A stretch of DNA of 64,000 nt from Microthyrium microscopicum (taxonomy: Eukaryota): assembly GCA_010405405.1 (NCBI GenBank), contig MU004242.1:469751-533750 (forward strand), given 5' to 3'. Shown piece after piece: positions 34,365 through 49,200 of this stretch. The translations under genes were made by a program, and so were the position numbers. The first letter of the stretch is position 1. Every line of letters begins with the position of its first letter. The notes beneath the pieces were generated by a model. That model was not told the DNA's origin. It did no database searches and saw nothing but the letters and a program-made list of their open reading frames with translations.

Positions 34365-37299
34365 ATCGCTCAATGTGACGGGTACTTTGGCGCATTCACC
34401 GGCTATACGAGCGGACGGAAGGTCCACAAATCTCCCTGTATGGGCGAAGCAAAGCCGCTCGGAGGTTCTTGCCCAGGGGAAATAACTTCACAATCAAAGC
34501 AAAAGACACAACAACGCTATCGGCAAGCAAAGTGGCAAACCACCATCCCTCCACAGAGTCTGGAAGAAAGTCGGCCAGACCTGCTTCGCCTGCGCAACCC
34601 CCAAAGTCACATATCAACCACAAGAGACTCCCGCGCAATCGAGAAATCTGTCCAGACATTTTGTGTGCGTATTACCGAGCTGGAGGAACTTCTTTATCGC
34701 AAATCCATGCTTACTTGATGGTCTCAATGATCTTGGACATCAAGTTATCCGATGTCCAAGATCATTGAGACCATCAAGTAAGCATGGATTTGCGATATCA
34801 AAGCGTCGACAGTGGCACTATGCAAGAAAATCACATTGCAAACAACTATTCTTGGAAAACCTCGCGTTGAATTTTAAGCGAACCCAACACCGTGCAGGGA
34901 GGGGAGGCTGAAAATGAGGAGAAGACGTACGAAGACTATGTTTACTTGATGAAGGATCCGGATTGGAATCCGTCTTGTGGGTTGTAAGCAAGAAAGTCCA
35001 AAATTGAGTCTGACAGGCACTGCCAAAGTCTTTGAATTCAGATGGGGCATTTGGGTGTGAAGGATGCGTGGTCCATAGCTTTGAGGCAATGACTATCTCT
35101 TTTGTAATTGAACATCTACTGTTGAAGCGTGCGGGACTCGATCCTACGGTTCCAAGGCGTAATCTCTTTGACAAAGATCTTCAAGATGGACCAGACGTCC
35201 TTCTTGATGGAACAACACTTCTTCGATGGTCTCCCCCACGGGTTTGACCAGCCAAGGAACCGGACTCGGAGGCTACGAACTGATGCACACCAGCGACAGC
35301 TTCTCGGGACGCCTCGCCCGATACAAACTTGAAAAAGAAGAACGGGAAACGCGAGAACGCGAGACCGCAAGAAGCAAGACGCCATAACGATGGCTCCTCG
35401 GGCAGGAGAACTACGTTGGCTGGTAGCGAAATGGAGGGGAAGAGCAAGGAGACATACGAGCTATGCAGCATTGGAAACAGCAATATCTGGGGAGAAATTG
35501 AGAGGAAATAGACGATACAAGCACTGCGAATGAGTTTCATCTGGGGCGGACGTGTTTGGTTGTGGTTGTGGTACCTGATATAATCCCGATCGAAATGAGA
35601 TGAATATCATTGCTCTCCTGTAGAGCCTTTTCTTTTGCCTTACGTGCCATGCTCTTGTGCTTTAATGTTCCTTTCCGTTGACTGGCATTCTCTCAACATA
35701 GCACATTCGGGATTACATTTTCCGCCAGGCTTTGCGATCGCTATTTGCAAAAGGCGCTCGCGAGCTAAGTGATTCTTTTGGGTGGCTGGATGTTTTAGCT
35801 CGATTGAACTTTCCATACACGTAGAAACCGTACTTGGGTTCGGTATGCAAGTCACCATGTAGAAAACATGTATGATGAGCTTCCATCCACCACGACTCTT
35901 TATGATGTGCCTGATCCCAAATTATAGCTTTCAGTCCTGGACCGAACCTCGGTCACTGGGGAATTGTTAAGTCCTCTTCTTTAACTGCGAGACCGTATGT
36001 GATTTCTTGGAGCGTGTTAACATTTCAACCTTCCATGTGGCCCATAGAAAATTGATCAGAGAGTACTGGGCATCAGTGAACGGCTGGACACGTTCTAATT
36101 GACAAGGAGTATTTTCTGACCCGTTGTATGAATTTGAGATTTAGAAGAACACACTTCATGATGGACTCTCATAGGAGGTAGGAGTACTAGGCAATGAGGT
36201 TAGGCAAATCGGCAAGCTAGGTACGTTAGGCTGGTAAACGGTCCCTATAGATTAGTGAAATAGGCGCTAAGACAAGAGCCTCATGTCTATAGAGATAGCA
36301 TACAGACTCGCTACTACTGTGTTTCCTAGCGATTTGCAATACTCGGTAGAATTTCTTCGAGAAGAGAGACGGAAGGGGCAAGACGGGTAGCATGCATAAC
36401 CCGGCCGCTCAGTTCTGACGTGGCAAGCGTGGGAGGCAGGTTTAATCAAAGTTGGTGTGGTGATGGATGTGCATCTGGGATATCCCCGACCTTGAGTCGA
36501 TTTCAACGAGCATCGCACGGGGAATATGCTGAAAATACTTCTGGTCTGGGCAGAGTGCCATACAAAACAACGTGACAGCCGCAGCCTGGAAGAACTCGCG
36601 GCCTCGTGGTAAAGCTGTCATGGCTGTCAGTGAGAACAGACATGTTCAGCTGGATTGTTCGCATCGTGCATTGATGGTGCATAAGGGGTGGCGAACCAGG
36701 CGCAAGACAGCTGAAGCAGAGCTGCTTTGTATCTCATACCATGAGTTGCTGCCCAATAGAACGAGTGCAGGGCTCTACCATTGTGGCTGGGCGAGTCTGG
36801 AGAAGCGTTGCCGCCCAAGTTGGTCCAGTCGTCCAAGTAGTATAGGCGAGCCCGCGAATGCTGTACCATGTCAGTGTGTACCCGTATCGTGTTGGTAATA
36901 TGCATCTGTGATCTAGTTGAGAAGTAGTTGTAGTTGTCTCTCTCGGATAATTTTCTGGTGGTGGAAGATACCGAAACTCCGTAAGTTGTGACCGGTCCCG
37001 TCCAAGCTTGAGATCCCAACCAAACTCAAGAAACTCACCACCATACATCAACATCACCACTTTCAAAGCCCTCATTCTGCCCAATTTCCTCCCTTTACAC
37101 CCAAAATACCCATTGCTGCACCCTGTAAGAACTAACTCCGTTTGCGCTACTGATTGTGTACAGTAATTCCTCCTATCTACGACGATACGAACTGCATCAT
37201 CAACCCGTGGTCGCAATGTTTTGATCATACAATTCCACCCCAATTTTCCCTCCCAGCCACCCATTTGCGACCCAATTTTGATCGCGCGATCGAGCCGAC

Positions 37300-40200
37300 A
37301 TGTGGAACAAAATAACTGGTCGCGATAGCGATACGGCTTCCATTCGGTCCGGGAGCAGCCGACGCAAGGGAGAAATGTCGCGACGGCGCACCTCCGAGGC
37401 AGGCGACAGTTCGCGCCGACGAAGAGACCGCGACAAAGAAAGAGATTTGGAAGATACAATCGAGGTTGAGGAAGATGATGCGTCACGAAGAGGCGCTGTC
37501 AGGACCTATTCATATCCTGTTGATGATACTGCTAGTGTCGCGTCGAGTTATGCAACTGCAAGATCTCGTCGGGATGGCAGAGAGCGCAGGGAGGAGCGCG
37601 AAACTCCATCGCGAAGAGCGACGAATGATGATTACTACCACGAGAGTCCTAGACGACGCGAAAGGACTGAAGGGTCTGAACGAGACTCGGCGCGTAAAAA
37701 TAGAGACTCGGAGAGCGAGACTGGAAGACGAAGAAGAAGAGATGATGAAAGTCAAAGGGGAACTCCAACGCGGGGTCCAGAGCGCACCCGTACAAATAGC
37801 TCTAGAGCAGGAGATGACTTGCCCGGGAGCCAAACGGGTACTCCAGTAACATCTACGCCTCTCATGTCGGGAGCTCTTCCTCGTCCTCCACGAACAACCA
37901 ATGATTCGTATGGCATGTCCCAATTCCCCGGACAAGTACCAGAGGATTATTCTGCGCCTTACCGCCCTCCAATAGCGACTACTGATAGTGGACACGGCGC
38001 TGCGGCAGACTACTACGGAGACCAGGGACAATCTGTGCATGAACAACCTGGTGTTCGACCTGATGCGCCGTTGATAAACTCACAACCTCATCTTATGGCT
38101 CCTTCGACTGAGGCTGCTCCCCCAGAAGAAACAGGCCACGGGAGTGCAGAAGCCTATTTTGCTCATTTGTCCGGCTTGTCTGACAACGACCAAGCTGTTC
38201 AAGCTGGACAATCCAGTTCCGCCACTCCCGGTAAACCATCCAAAGTCAAGCCAGGCAAAAAGCCATCACGTACCTCTTCTGGAATTCTAGGTGCAGCAGC
38301 AGCAACAACTGGTGCTGCCTTGGGATATATTGGCTCACATCATCAGGCTGGACAATCACAATCTGCTTCACAAAGTCTCTCAACAAGCACGTCATACCAT
38401 TCCCAGTCCAACACTCAGGGTAATTCCTCATTAGGCATTGAGGCTACTCATTCTCAAATTTCGCCGCGAGTCTCTCCATCGTCCTCACCCTATCCAGGTA
38501 AACCAGGAAGACCTAAGCCCGGCAAACACTCAAGTTCTCACCTAGGAGGCATTGCGCTTGGTGCAGCAGGTTTAGCGGCAGGAGCTTATGGGCTCCACGA
38601 ATTCGCTGAAAATCATAAACATCGTCCATCATTTCACACCCAAGGCTCCTCTCACCAACAAAACAGTTACTCCCAAGAAAACGCCCAATACTATCAGCAA
38701 AATAACGGTTATTCGGCGCAGGGTGGCTACTACGGTGGCGATATGGACATGGAACGAAGAAATCCAAATTCTGGACCCATTGAGAAAATAGTGGACTGGT
38801 GGAAAGACCATGAAGATGTCCGCAAAATGGAAGCTTACACTGAGGCCATTGGAGTGTGCGCCCACTGCTTCGACCCCAACGATGATCCAAGAGATGCTCC
38901 CCGTAAACATCATTACCATTCACGACGGAATAATCGATCTCAGGAATCGCTTCGCAAAGCTGCTAGTAGACAATCTGGCCGAGTAGACAAGGAACGTCGG
39001 TACTTTGCTTCATCAAATGTCAACGTCTCCGACGATGAGCGCAAGAAAAGTAGCAAGGCAGGCTTGGTGGCAGCTGGTATTGCTGGACTTGGTTTCGCCA
39101 AAGCCGCCTCCGCCATCCATCGTCGCGATACTGAAGACGATATGGTCAGCGCTACCTCCCGTCGAACTCGCAAAACTCGTCGCAGACGGAGCAGATCGGG
39201 CGACCGTTACAGTAGCACTTCTCGTGGTGTTATCCATGACGACGACGCCTCGGAAATGGTTTCTGTGGTTGCTGGCGAAGATGGTGGCTATCGCTACGAA
39301 CGACGCCGTAGGAAGCGCCGCTCTGGCTCATCTAGCTCTGGTGCAAGTTCTGGTCGTGATCACAAGATGAGCGGTGCGCTTGCTGCTGGTGCTCTAGGTG
39401 CCGCAGCAAGTTCTGCGGTTAGCATACGGAGTCGTCGAGATGGATCCTCTTCTCCTAAGAAAGAATTTGTTCGTCGACACCGTCGTGGAGAGAGTGGCAG
39501 CCGTGAGGAACTCACCATTTATCGTCAAGGTTCCAATGCATCTCGCGGCTCTTTCGAGTCGGGTCGCTCCACTCGTTCTCGCGCTGGTGGAGCTGCAAGT
39601 GCGGGTGTACTCGGTGGTTTCCTAGGCTCAGCCTTTGGCCGTCGCGGTTCCAAGCGAAGTCGCAAGTCAGGATTTTTCAGCTTCGGTAATAACTCCTCAT
39701 CCTCCCATGAAGGATTGACATATGGTTACGATCCAAAACACGAACGACGCCGTGCCCGAGCCGAAAAGAAAGAAAGACGTGAAACCGAGCATATCCAATC
39801 CAAGATTGCCGCCCTCGGTGCTACCGCTGCTGCATTAGGTGCCGTTGAAGGTGGTCGAAAATTTCTCTCCAAGCACGGCCATAGCTCGTCCAGCGAATTC
39901 CTCTCTGGTCGCCACCACCGGGATGATCGAGGGCGCATTGTATCTCGTCCCTCTCGCCCCATCGCAGGTGCAACGGAAGGTGCTCATGACGGCTGGGAAG
40001 ATGTCAGTGAAGACGAAGATGCACGACCACCCACACGCGTGTCCACAAAGAGCTCTTATGATGAAGATCTCGCTTTCGGCGACTTCCAGTATAAAGGCAA
40101 GGGCCGCAAGTCAACTGATTCATTGGCCTCGAGTAACTCTGGAACCTGGAAGTGGCCTGGTAGCTGGCGCTGGGGGACTAAGAAGCGCAAGAGCACTGAT

Positions 40201-43200
40201 AGTTTACACGCGACTTCAGATGTCCATGGCTTTGCACCATCTACTGTCGCTGCCATCGCAGGTGCTGCGGCAGCAGGTGGTGTAGCCGGTGCTCTTGCAA
40301 ATGTGCATCCAGTCCAAACCGGCTCCCACGCCTTCGACGCCATCCGCCATGATGATGCACCACTATATACCTCCCGCCCAGGCGAAAGCACATCCATCGT
40401 CGCGCCACAGCCATACGTCCCAGTCACAAGCGCCATGTACTCAGCACCTCCACCGGCTTATGTGGCACCCAGCGGTCCACCAGTCGACTTTACCCGCCGT
40501 CAGAACTCAAATGATGCATATTACTTTGAGAACGATAGTTCCTCTCGTCGTGATAGACGCCAATCTGAGCGCCCAGATCCAAAGCGACGTAACAGCTCGC
40601 CTCCACAGAGCCATCTTGGTCGTGATGCTGCCATTGCGGGCATTGCGGCTGTTGCTGCTACTAGCGCAATAGCTGCGGCTACTTCGTCGGGTAGAGATGC
40701 TGGTAGGAGACAGAGTGGTGGTGTGCGCTTTGATACACGCGAACGCGATGATTATCGGCGTGAGAAGGAGGAGCGTAAACGAAGAGATGATGATGGTGTA
40801 AGTGAGCGCAAGGAGACTGAGGCACGTGCTATTGCTGCTGAAGCTGCTCGACGGGAAGAAATGGCGCGCGCAGAACGGAGACGACTGGAAGATGCAGCAC
40901 GTGAAGAGACTGATCGTGCAGAGAGAAGAAGACGTGAGGCGGAAGCTGAGGCAGCACGGGAAGAAGCGGCTAGACTAGCTCGTCGACGGCGTGAGGCTGA
41001 TGCGGAAGCGGCTCGTATTGAGAATGACAGATCTGAGAGACGACGTGCGGAGGAAGAGAGGATGGAGTCGGAGCGTAGACGGCGTGAGGAGGAGCGTTTT
41101 GAAGTTGAGCGTTCTGAACGCAGACGGCGCGAAGAAGAGGAACGTGCTGAGGCTGAGCGCTCTGAGCGAAGACGGCGCGAAGAGGAGGAGAGGGTGCGCG
41201 CTGAGAAGGAGCGTGAGGTCGTGCCAGACAAGCGTCGCGACCGCGAACAAAAGAAACGAGAGCGTCGAGAGGCACGAGCTGGACGTAGTGATGATAAGAG
41301 ATCAGATCGCCAGTCTGATGCCGGTTCAACCATCAGTTCCGTCGTTGGAGCAGCAGCAGCTGGAGCGGCCGCCACAGCCGTCGTTGGAAGCCTTATGGGT
41401 AAAGAGAAGAAACGAGACCGCGATGTCTCAACCGACGGACGCCACCGCTCCCACTCTCATTCCCGTTCCGAACATCGTGAAGCCTCACCTCCATCACCAC
41501 CAAAAGCCCACTCCAAACCAACCAGCACCGTCTCCAACTCTCGAGACGTCGCCTCATCAACCCACACCCCCGGCGCCATCGCCTTCGTCGAAGCCAAACC
41601 CTCCGGCGTCGAAATCGACTCCTTCGACCAAGATTTCGACCCCGACTACTTCAGAAAGCGCATGGCCCGCAAAGCAGCCGCCAAAGTCGCCCACACACCC
41701 GCCCCAACCTCGTATGATGAAATGCGCGATGAACTCAATAAGCGGTATGAACATCCAGAGGGCAACTATGCGACCTTTTTTACGCCTCAAGAGGTCAAGG
41801 ATCATAGTCATGATCGGGCTGTGCCGAGTGCGAATGGGGATGCTGACATTGCGGTGTTCCATGCTCCGGATATGGTGCCTTCTGGTGTTGGTATGCCTCC
41901 GTATGATCGCGCATACAACTTCAAGACGAGGGATGATGAAGGTGCTTCGCTGGGTGCTTGGCCTGTGCCGAGTTTGAATTTGATTGAGCCTACTCCGCCG
42001 GGGACGAGAGTTGGTACGCCTGCGCCGCTGGCGAGGGAGGAGAGGGCGGTGGATGATGTTGAGTCTGTGGGGAGAAAATCTTCTGACAGGAAGTCTTCGC
42101 GCGATGTCGAGGATGTTGAGCCTGTTCGGAGAAAGTCCTCGGATCGAAAGTCCTCTGACAGAAAATCATCGCATGGCAAGGAGGTCGCTGCTGGAGTTGC
42201 TGCTGCTGCAGTTGCTGCTGGTGCTGTTGCAGCCGCTACTCACAAGTCACACGAGAGAGAAGAAGAGGAGGACTATAGGCCAACTTCACGGTCCAAGGAG
42301 CGCCATGTCGAGGAGCCTTCTCGGTCCATGAGTAAGGTTCGCTGGGGCGAAGACGAGGTGAGGCATTACGAAGTCCTTACCCCTGAACAACATGCCGCTC
42401 GCGATGGCTACATTGGTGCACACGACATTGGTCCTCAAGCCCACGACGAGATTGTGGTTGAGGAAGGTGGCCCTGATGGCTATCGTGTGACAAAGTATAA
42501 GCCTGAAGATGAAGAAAAGTCAGACCGATCTCGTGATAACCAGCGTGGCTATGATCGAAAGCCAGAAGAAACCATACATCGCTCAACATCTCCTCAGCGT
42601 GCCCATCGGGTCATCGAACCAGATAACCTCCAAGATCCTTCTTTCTACCAAACACCATACTTTGAAACCGTCTCGGACCTTGGATCCACCACAGGCGGCG
42701 CCAACATCGTCATGCCCACTCATCCTGGCATCGTGGAAGGCGAAGTGTTTGAAGAAACCCCACCCATCAATACCGATCGCCACCGCATGCCCGGCGGCTT
42801 TGACAACGATGACGAGGACATCACACCCAAAGCCTCGCGCCGCAACACTAGAGATGCATCCACCCGCGATTTCATGCGAGCCGAGCAGCGCGCTGAACCT
42901 GGTCAAGCTGGTCCTGGCATGATTAACGTCTTTGACTTTCAAGACCACAGCGTCAGCCCAGCCGCAATACCTCTACCTGAAGGCTCCTGGCACGAGTCCT
43001 CCTCCAACGGCGACTACTTCTCGCAACACTCCGGTCATGGCCTCACGGAAGAGCCACGTGAACTGGACGAGGCGACTCTTCGCGCTGCTGGATCCGATAT
43101 TGCGAGCCAACGCACTATTGAGGATGAACTGGAACATGCCGACATGGCATCCTCCGTGTACACGGATGTGACGAACCGCACGTCGAAATCTGAAGGTGCT

Positions 43201-46200
43201 GATCCACTCATTGAGCGGCGTAAGCCGAATTCGTCATCTCGACGAGTTCGAGAGAATGATGATGTGCGCTCTGAGCAGGGTTATCGGACCAAGCGCCGCG
43301 AGTCGACGAAGGATGTGGTTGATATGTCATCTCCATTGAGACGCGATCAGGCTCGTAGGGAAGAGGAAGATGATGTTAAGAGTGAGAAGAGTTCACGGTC
43401 GAAACGCCGTGAGTCCACGAAAGAAGAGGTTGCGTCGCCGGTGAGAAGCGAGAGGGGCTCTGATAAGAGTTCGCGGTCTAAGAAGCGGGATATTGTTGCT
43501 GAAGCGGCGGCGATTGTTTCTCCACGTCGTGAAGAAGATGTAAGATCTGAGAAGAGCTCGAGATCGAAGCGACGAGAGGAAGAAGAGGCGAGATCAGAAA
43601 AGAGCTCGAAACCCAAGACTCGTGATATTGTCCCTGAAGCTGCTGCTATCATTCCTTCCCAGCGAGAAGAGGATTCGCGGTCGGATAAGAGCTCACGCTC
43701 CAAACATCGGGATTCTATGCAAGAGCCTGTGACTGTCGTACCACGCCGTGAGGAGGACGATGCGCGCTCTGAAAAGAGCTCCCGGTCTAAGCGTGCCGAA
43801 TCAATTCGCGACGAAGTCACGGCACCTCCTCGGTCCAGTCGAGAGTCTCTTGATATACGGTCCTCGGAAAAGCGTGAACGCTCGCGGTCTAGACAACGGG
43901 ACGAAACTACACCTTTTCTCTCAAGTCGAGACCAGCTTGCCGTAGCAGAGCCCGAGAAAGAGCGCTCTCGATCTCGACATCGTGAGTCCAAAGATGAGGC
44001 CGATGTACCTCCTCGGTCAAGCCGAGACTCACTGGATGTGCGCTCTTCTGAAAAGCGAGAACATTCTCGATCTCGTTCCAAGCACCGCGAAGAAGCTGCT
44101 GTTGCTGCTGGTCTTGGGGCCTTGGCTGTAGCAGGGGCTGAAAAGCGTGAGCGCTCGCGGTCTCGACAGCGTGATCCTGATGAAGAGACAAAACACCACC
44201 GATCGCATCGTGATGCTACTCGCGAAGACGAGGAGCCCAAACATCATCACAGATCCCATCGTGAATCACTAGATGTGACTGGGTCCGAAAAACGAGAACG
44301 TTCTCGGTCAAGACAGCGCTCTACAGCTGAAGAGGAGCCAGAACGTCACCATCGTTCCCATCGTGAATCTACTCGTGAAGAAGATGAACCAAAGAAGCAT
44401 CATCGGTCCCATCGTGAGTCATTAGATGTTACCGGGTCCGAAAAGCGAGAACGATCTCGATCAAGACAACGTGATTCTACACGCGAAGAGTCAACAATTG
44501 TCCCGCTGACCCGCGATGCTCTTGAAGTCCGCTCTGATAAGCGCGAACGGTCACACTCCAAGCATCGTGAAGTCGGAGATGACGATACCCGATCAGTTCG
44601 ATCTCATAGGTCAACACGAGAAGATGATGACGATACTCGTTCAGAGCACCGACACCGCCATCGGTCACATAGAGAGACCGAAGACGATGATGATACCAAG
44701 TCAGTGCGATCAGAACGCAAGCACCGCTCAAGGCGTGAGCGCGATGATGATGACACGGCCTCTGTAGCATCATCAGAGCGCAAGCACCGCTCACGTCGAG
44801 AACGCGACGATGACGACAACGCCTCTGTAATCTCATCAGCAACTTCCCGCCGCGACAAGGACAAGAAGGAAAGCAGCGGTGGTCTACTCAGCCGCATCCT
44901 AAGCAAAGCCGGTTCCACTAGCGACCTATCTAAAACATCATCCCGCGATGACGAAGATGACCGTGAGCGTCGAAAACGTCGAAAGGATCGGGAGCGTGAA
45001 AAAGAGCGCGACTTGTCTCGAGTCCGCGAAGATGATGATGATGACACTCGTTCTGTTCGCTCATCTAAGCGAGAGTCAAAGTCAGACAAGGGCGAGCGGA
45101 GAGAGAAACGAAAGTCAAAAGATGCGGAGTCTTTTTTAGCGGATCGGGCAGAGGGTGATTATGAGATGCATACTGATGCAACGAGTGAACCTCTGTCCGC
45201 TAATACACTCGTTTTGAGCGGTGTTGCTGCTGCTGGCGTTGCTGGCGCGACTGCAGCGTATTTGGCGTCGCAAAAGAGCGACGCTGAAGATGTGGAGGAG
45301 AAGAGATCACGGCATCTGAGTCGTGTTAGAGAGGCGCGGTCACGAGAGCCCAGTCGAGATCGAGAAGAACTTGACCAACCATCAAGAAATCGTGAATTGG
45401 CCATGGAGGAACCGCGACATCACAGTCTTGAGCTTCCCCAGCTGCCGGAGTCAAGACCAACTACTCCGATTGCTGTGGGAAGCTGGAAAGATTTACCGAG
45501 TCTGCCTTCAAGTAGGCCGCAATCACACTATGGATTTGACGATGATGAAGAAGCTCCGGCATCCTCCTCTCCTTATCAATCAGCCATTTCCCAACCTAAT
45601 TCATCACCACTTCAAGAGAGGAGAGAACTGCAAGATCTCCCAACACAAATAAATACTCCTACATATGGCGGCTCCACACTTATCCTCCCAGGTTCGCCAA
45701 CTACACCTACAAAAGCCTCTAGTGACATGGACGCATTTGGAGACATACCAACCATGGCTTCGCCTGTAGCCTCTCTACCGCTTGATGCTGTTTCAGCCGC
45801 CCATCTTCCAAGCTTACCCTCGTCAAGACCTACATCTCCTATCAACATCGGAAGTCACGATGACCTGCCAAAACTTCCTTCTACAAGATCAGGATCGCCA
45901 ATCGATGTTCATTCAATCATGCATTCACCTAATCCGCCAGAAGCTCGACCAGGCTCACCAAATGATGAAGAGCCCTCCACACCCTTACGACCTACCCTCG
46001 AAAGTCAACGGTCAATTTCCACAACCGCTGTTCCATTCAGATTCCGTACTCCTCAATCCTCTCCCCTGAAACCACCCGCAGAAGATCCGCTTGCTGGAAT
46101 ATCACTCAACCGACCACGTCATGGCCGCGCTGGTTCTGCAGATGTACGACTCTCTGGCAGAGCACCCAAACCACTTCAACTTGTGGAGTCTACCCGTGAA

Positions 46201-49200
46201 GTCTCTCCAATGGCCATTTATGCTCGCCGCAATTCTATGGGCTCCGCCGCTGCCCATGATCAATCTCTTACACCGACGAGTTTACGACAATTCAGATTCC
46301 CTACTCCTCAATTCAGACATAGCCGAACTATTTCTCGAGACACCATTCCCACTGGTGATGAGCTGAGGCCGATGTTGCTAGCTGAACGCCATGGCCAACG
46401 CCCAGTTGACGATGACTTGCCCGAGCTTCCGCCTAGTAGAGACGAAAGCCGAGTTTCTTCAATGGGATCTCAAGAAATTGAGACAAAATTACTTGATGAT
46501 GAGGACCTGCAAGTTTCTCCACCAACATCGCCTGTCCTTGAAGGAGATGTAGAGGCCCTGCCCACTTTGCCTCCGACCAGACCTGATTCGCCGTATGAGC
46601 TTGAACCCCAACACGAGCAGTCATTTCCAGCAGAACCCGCTCGTCATGCTAAACACGACGAGCGAGAAAGCTCCGCAGAGCGCGGAAGCGTCGACATCAA
46701 AGACGCTGCCATTGCTGCTGGTGTGGGAGGCGCTGCTATCCTTGCAGCGCACAAGCTTCTTGGTAAATCTGACGAAAGCAAAGAGTCCGCGGATATCGAG
46801 GAGGAGCAAGCCACTGGCAGAGACGTTCCTGCAGAAGTCGGAGCCGCAGAGAAGAGCGTCGATGTGAGCTCACTTTTGCAACGAACACCCTCCAAAGGTG
46901 GGAAGAAAGCTAAGAAAGGCAAGAAGGGCAAGAAGATGGAACAGTCTTGGGAGCCAGAACCAGCTCAACCAGAGCTTGAGGACCAAGACACTTTCGAGGC
47001 TGCTCAGTCCGGGGATGACTCTGTGATGCTGAGGGACATTCCGGCACCAATCGTTGAAGCCACGGCTGACGAGGTCAGCCCTCTTCTACAGCCTACAAAC
47101 TCTAAGGGTGGCAAAAAGGGCAAGAAAGGCAAGAAAAGCAAGCAAGCTGAAGAGTCTTGGGAGCTGGAGCCAATTCAGCCTGACGAGGTTGAAGAAGTTC
47201 AAGACACTCCTGCTCTAGAAGAAGATATCAGCCTCGCTGCACCGGAAGAGGCTCTGGCAACATCCCGTGAGATCTCGGACCCTGTGGATGATCAATCAGC
47301 AGAAATTAGTCCTCTTCTACAGCGATCCAATTCTAAGAGCGGCAAGAAGGCTAAGAAAGGCAAAAAAGGAAAGAAGATAGAAGATGAGTGGGAGCCAGAA
47401 CCCGAGGCAGTTGTGGCGACGCCTGGAGTTGAAGAGGCAAAGGAGTTGTCAGCATCTCCTCCAGTCGAGGAGCCCGAGGAACAGCCATCCATGCTCCTAG
47501 CTGAGCCAGAAACTGCTCCAGAGCAGCAGGAGGAGGACGTCAGTCCACTCTTGCAACGATCCAATTCCAAAAGTGGCAAGAAGGCTAAAAAGGGCAAAAA
47601 GGGAAAGAAAGTGGAAGATGACTGGGAGCCAGAACCCGAGACAATTGAGCCAACGCTTGACGTTGAGGAGCCAACAGAGTTTTCAACATCTCTTCCAGTC
47701 GAGGAACCAGAGGAACAGCCATTTATCTCCCCGGCTGAGCCAGAAATTGCCCCAGAGCAGCCAGAAGAGGACTTCAGTCCACTCCTGCAGCGAACTTCCT
47801 CCAAAGGTGGCAAGAAAGCTAAGAAAGGCAAGAAAGGCAAGCGGGCACAAGAAGAGGACTGGGAACCAGAGGCTGCCGAAGCTCCCGTGGAACAGGTGCA
47901 GACTCGTGATATTGTCGAGGACGATACAGGATCCGCGCTCGAAATTTCTGAAAAGATTGTTGAGGCTGAGACTGCCACTGGACGTGAGGCCACTCCAGTG
48001 GTTGACGACGTCGCGCAGATTGACCGCGAGGAACCAGACATTGGTACCGACAACCCACTATTGGAACGCTCAAGCTCAAAGAGCGGAAAGAAGGCGAAGA
48101 AAGAAAAGAAGGGCAAGAAGAAGGGTAAGAAGGGAGACGATTGGGAACCTGAGCCTGAGCCTGAGCCTATTGAGCCTTCTCCACTCGACCAGCCGGATTC
48201 TCGCGACATTTCAGAAAATCAAGAATTTAGTCAGAGTCAGGAGCCAGAAGTGGTCCTTGAGCCCATTTCTCTTGCTACTGAAGAGTTGGAAGCTCGCGAT
48301 CTTACCTCTGATGAACCTCTACCTTCCATTTCCCAAGACCTGCCTACTGATGCTCTTGAGGCTTCGACGCGCGCAGGAATCGAGGAACCTTCAGCTCTTC
48401 ATGACAAGTCGGAACAAATCCTCGAGTCCGAAGATAATGGTATTCAACGCCATGCTGTTGACATCACCCCATTGGCATCAGAACAAGTACAAGAGAGCCC
48501 GCTGTTGCAACGTACAGATTCCAAAGCCGGCAAGAAGGCTAAAAAGGGAAAGAAAAGCAAGCAACTCTTCGACGATTGGGAACCAGCAGCCGTGGAGACT
48601 GCGTCACAGGATGAGCCAGCTGATACTTGCGACCTAGTCCCCACCGAAGATACAGATCGTAACCTTGAGGATGTCGATGCTGCTAACATTGTCGCGCCTG
48701 ATGAGCACCAACCCGAATCGAAAGATATTTCTGACTCTTCTTTGCTACAGGGCAAGAAGGGAAAGAAAGGCAAGAAAAAGGGCAAGAAATTTTCTGAAGA
48801 AGATTGGGAGCCAGAAGCGGCGGAGGCAGCCACAGTCAATGAAGCAACGGCTGTCGATGATGATCTGTCCACTGATCAGCCAACAATAGTCCGGGAAGTA
48901 TCAACTGTCGAGGAACCCACACCAGTCGATGAGCCTCTCTCTTGTGATGTTGCAGCAGAGGGAGATCTAGGATCTCCTGCAGATGTTCCAGAAATGCCTT
49001 TCGTAGAACCCACTGTTCAGCCCCATCATACCGAGCCTACTCCAGCAGAGCCTGAGGTCGCTGGTGTCCACCGTACTGCTAAAGAGGTCCCAGCAGAGGA
49101 GCCTGAAATCTCCAAAGCCATCGCTGACGTCGAAGAGCCCACTCCTCAGGAACCCGAAGAATGGCTAGAGCAACCGAAGGCCAAACTAAAGAAGGGCAAG

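Larger units (their letters stand above)
31800..35600 (+). pseudogene. Decayed multi-exon gene(s) with Cys-rich and acidic/Ser-rich segments
   Basis: One frame persists from about 32160 to 33600 across introns 32928-32985 and 33091-33191 with scattered TAA/TAG/TGA stops, then shifts into the 33861-34718 ORF; further broken frames follow. Confidence 0.55.

Noticed and set aside
45130..45139. tcttttttag as an internal splice acceptor in leashin
   Set aside because: No convincing branch point or donor nearby; it simply encodes SFL.
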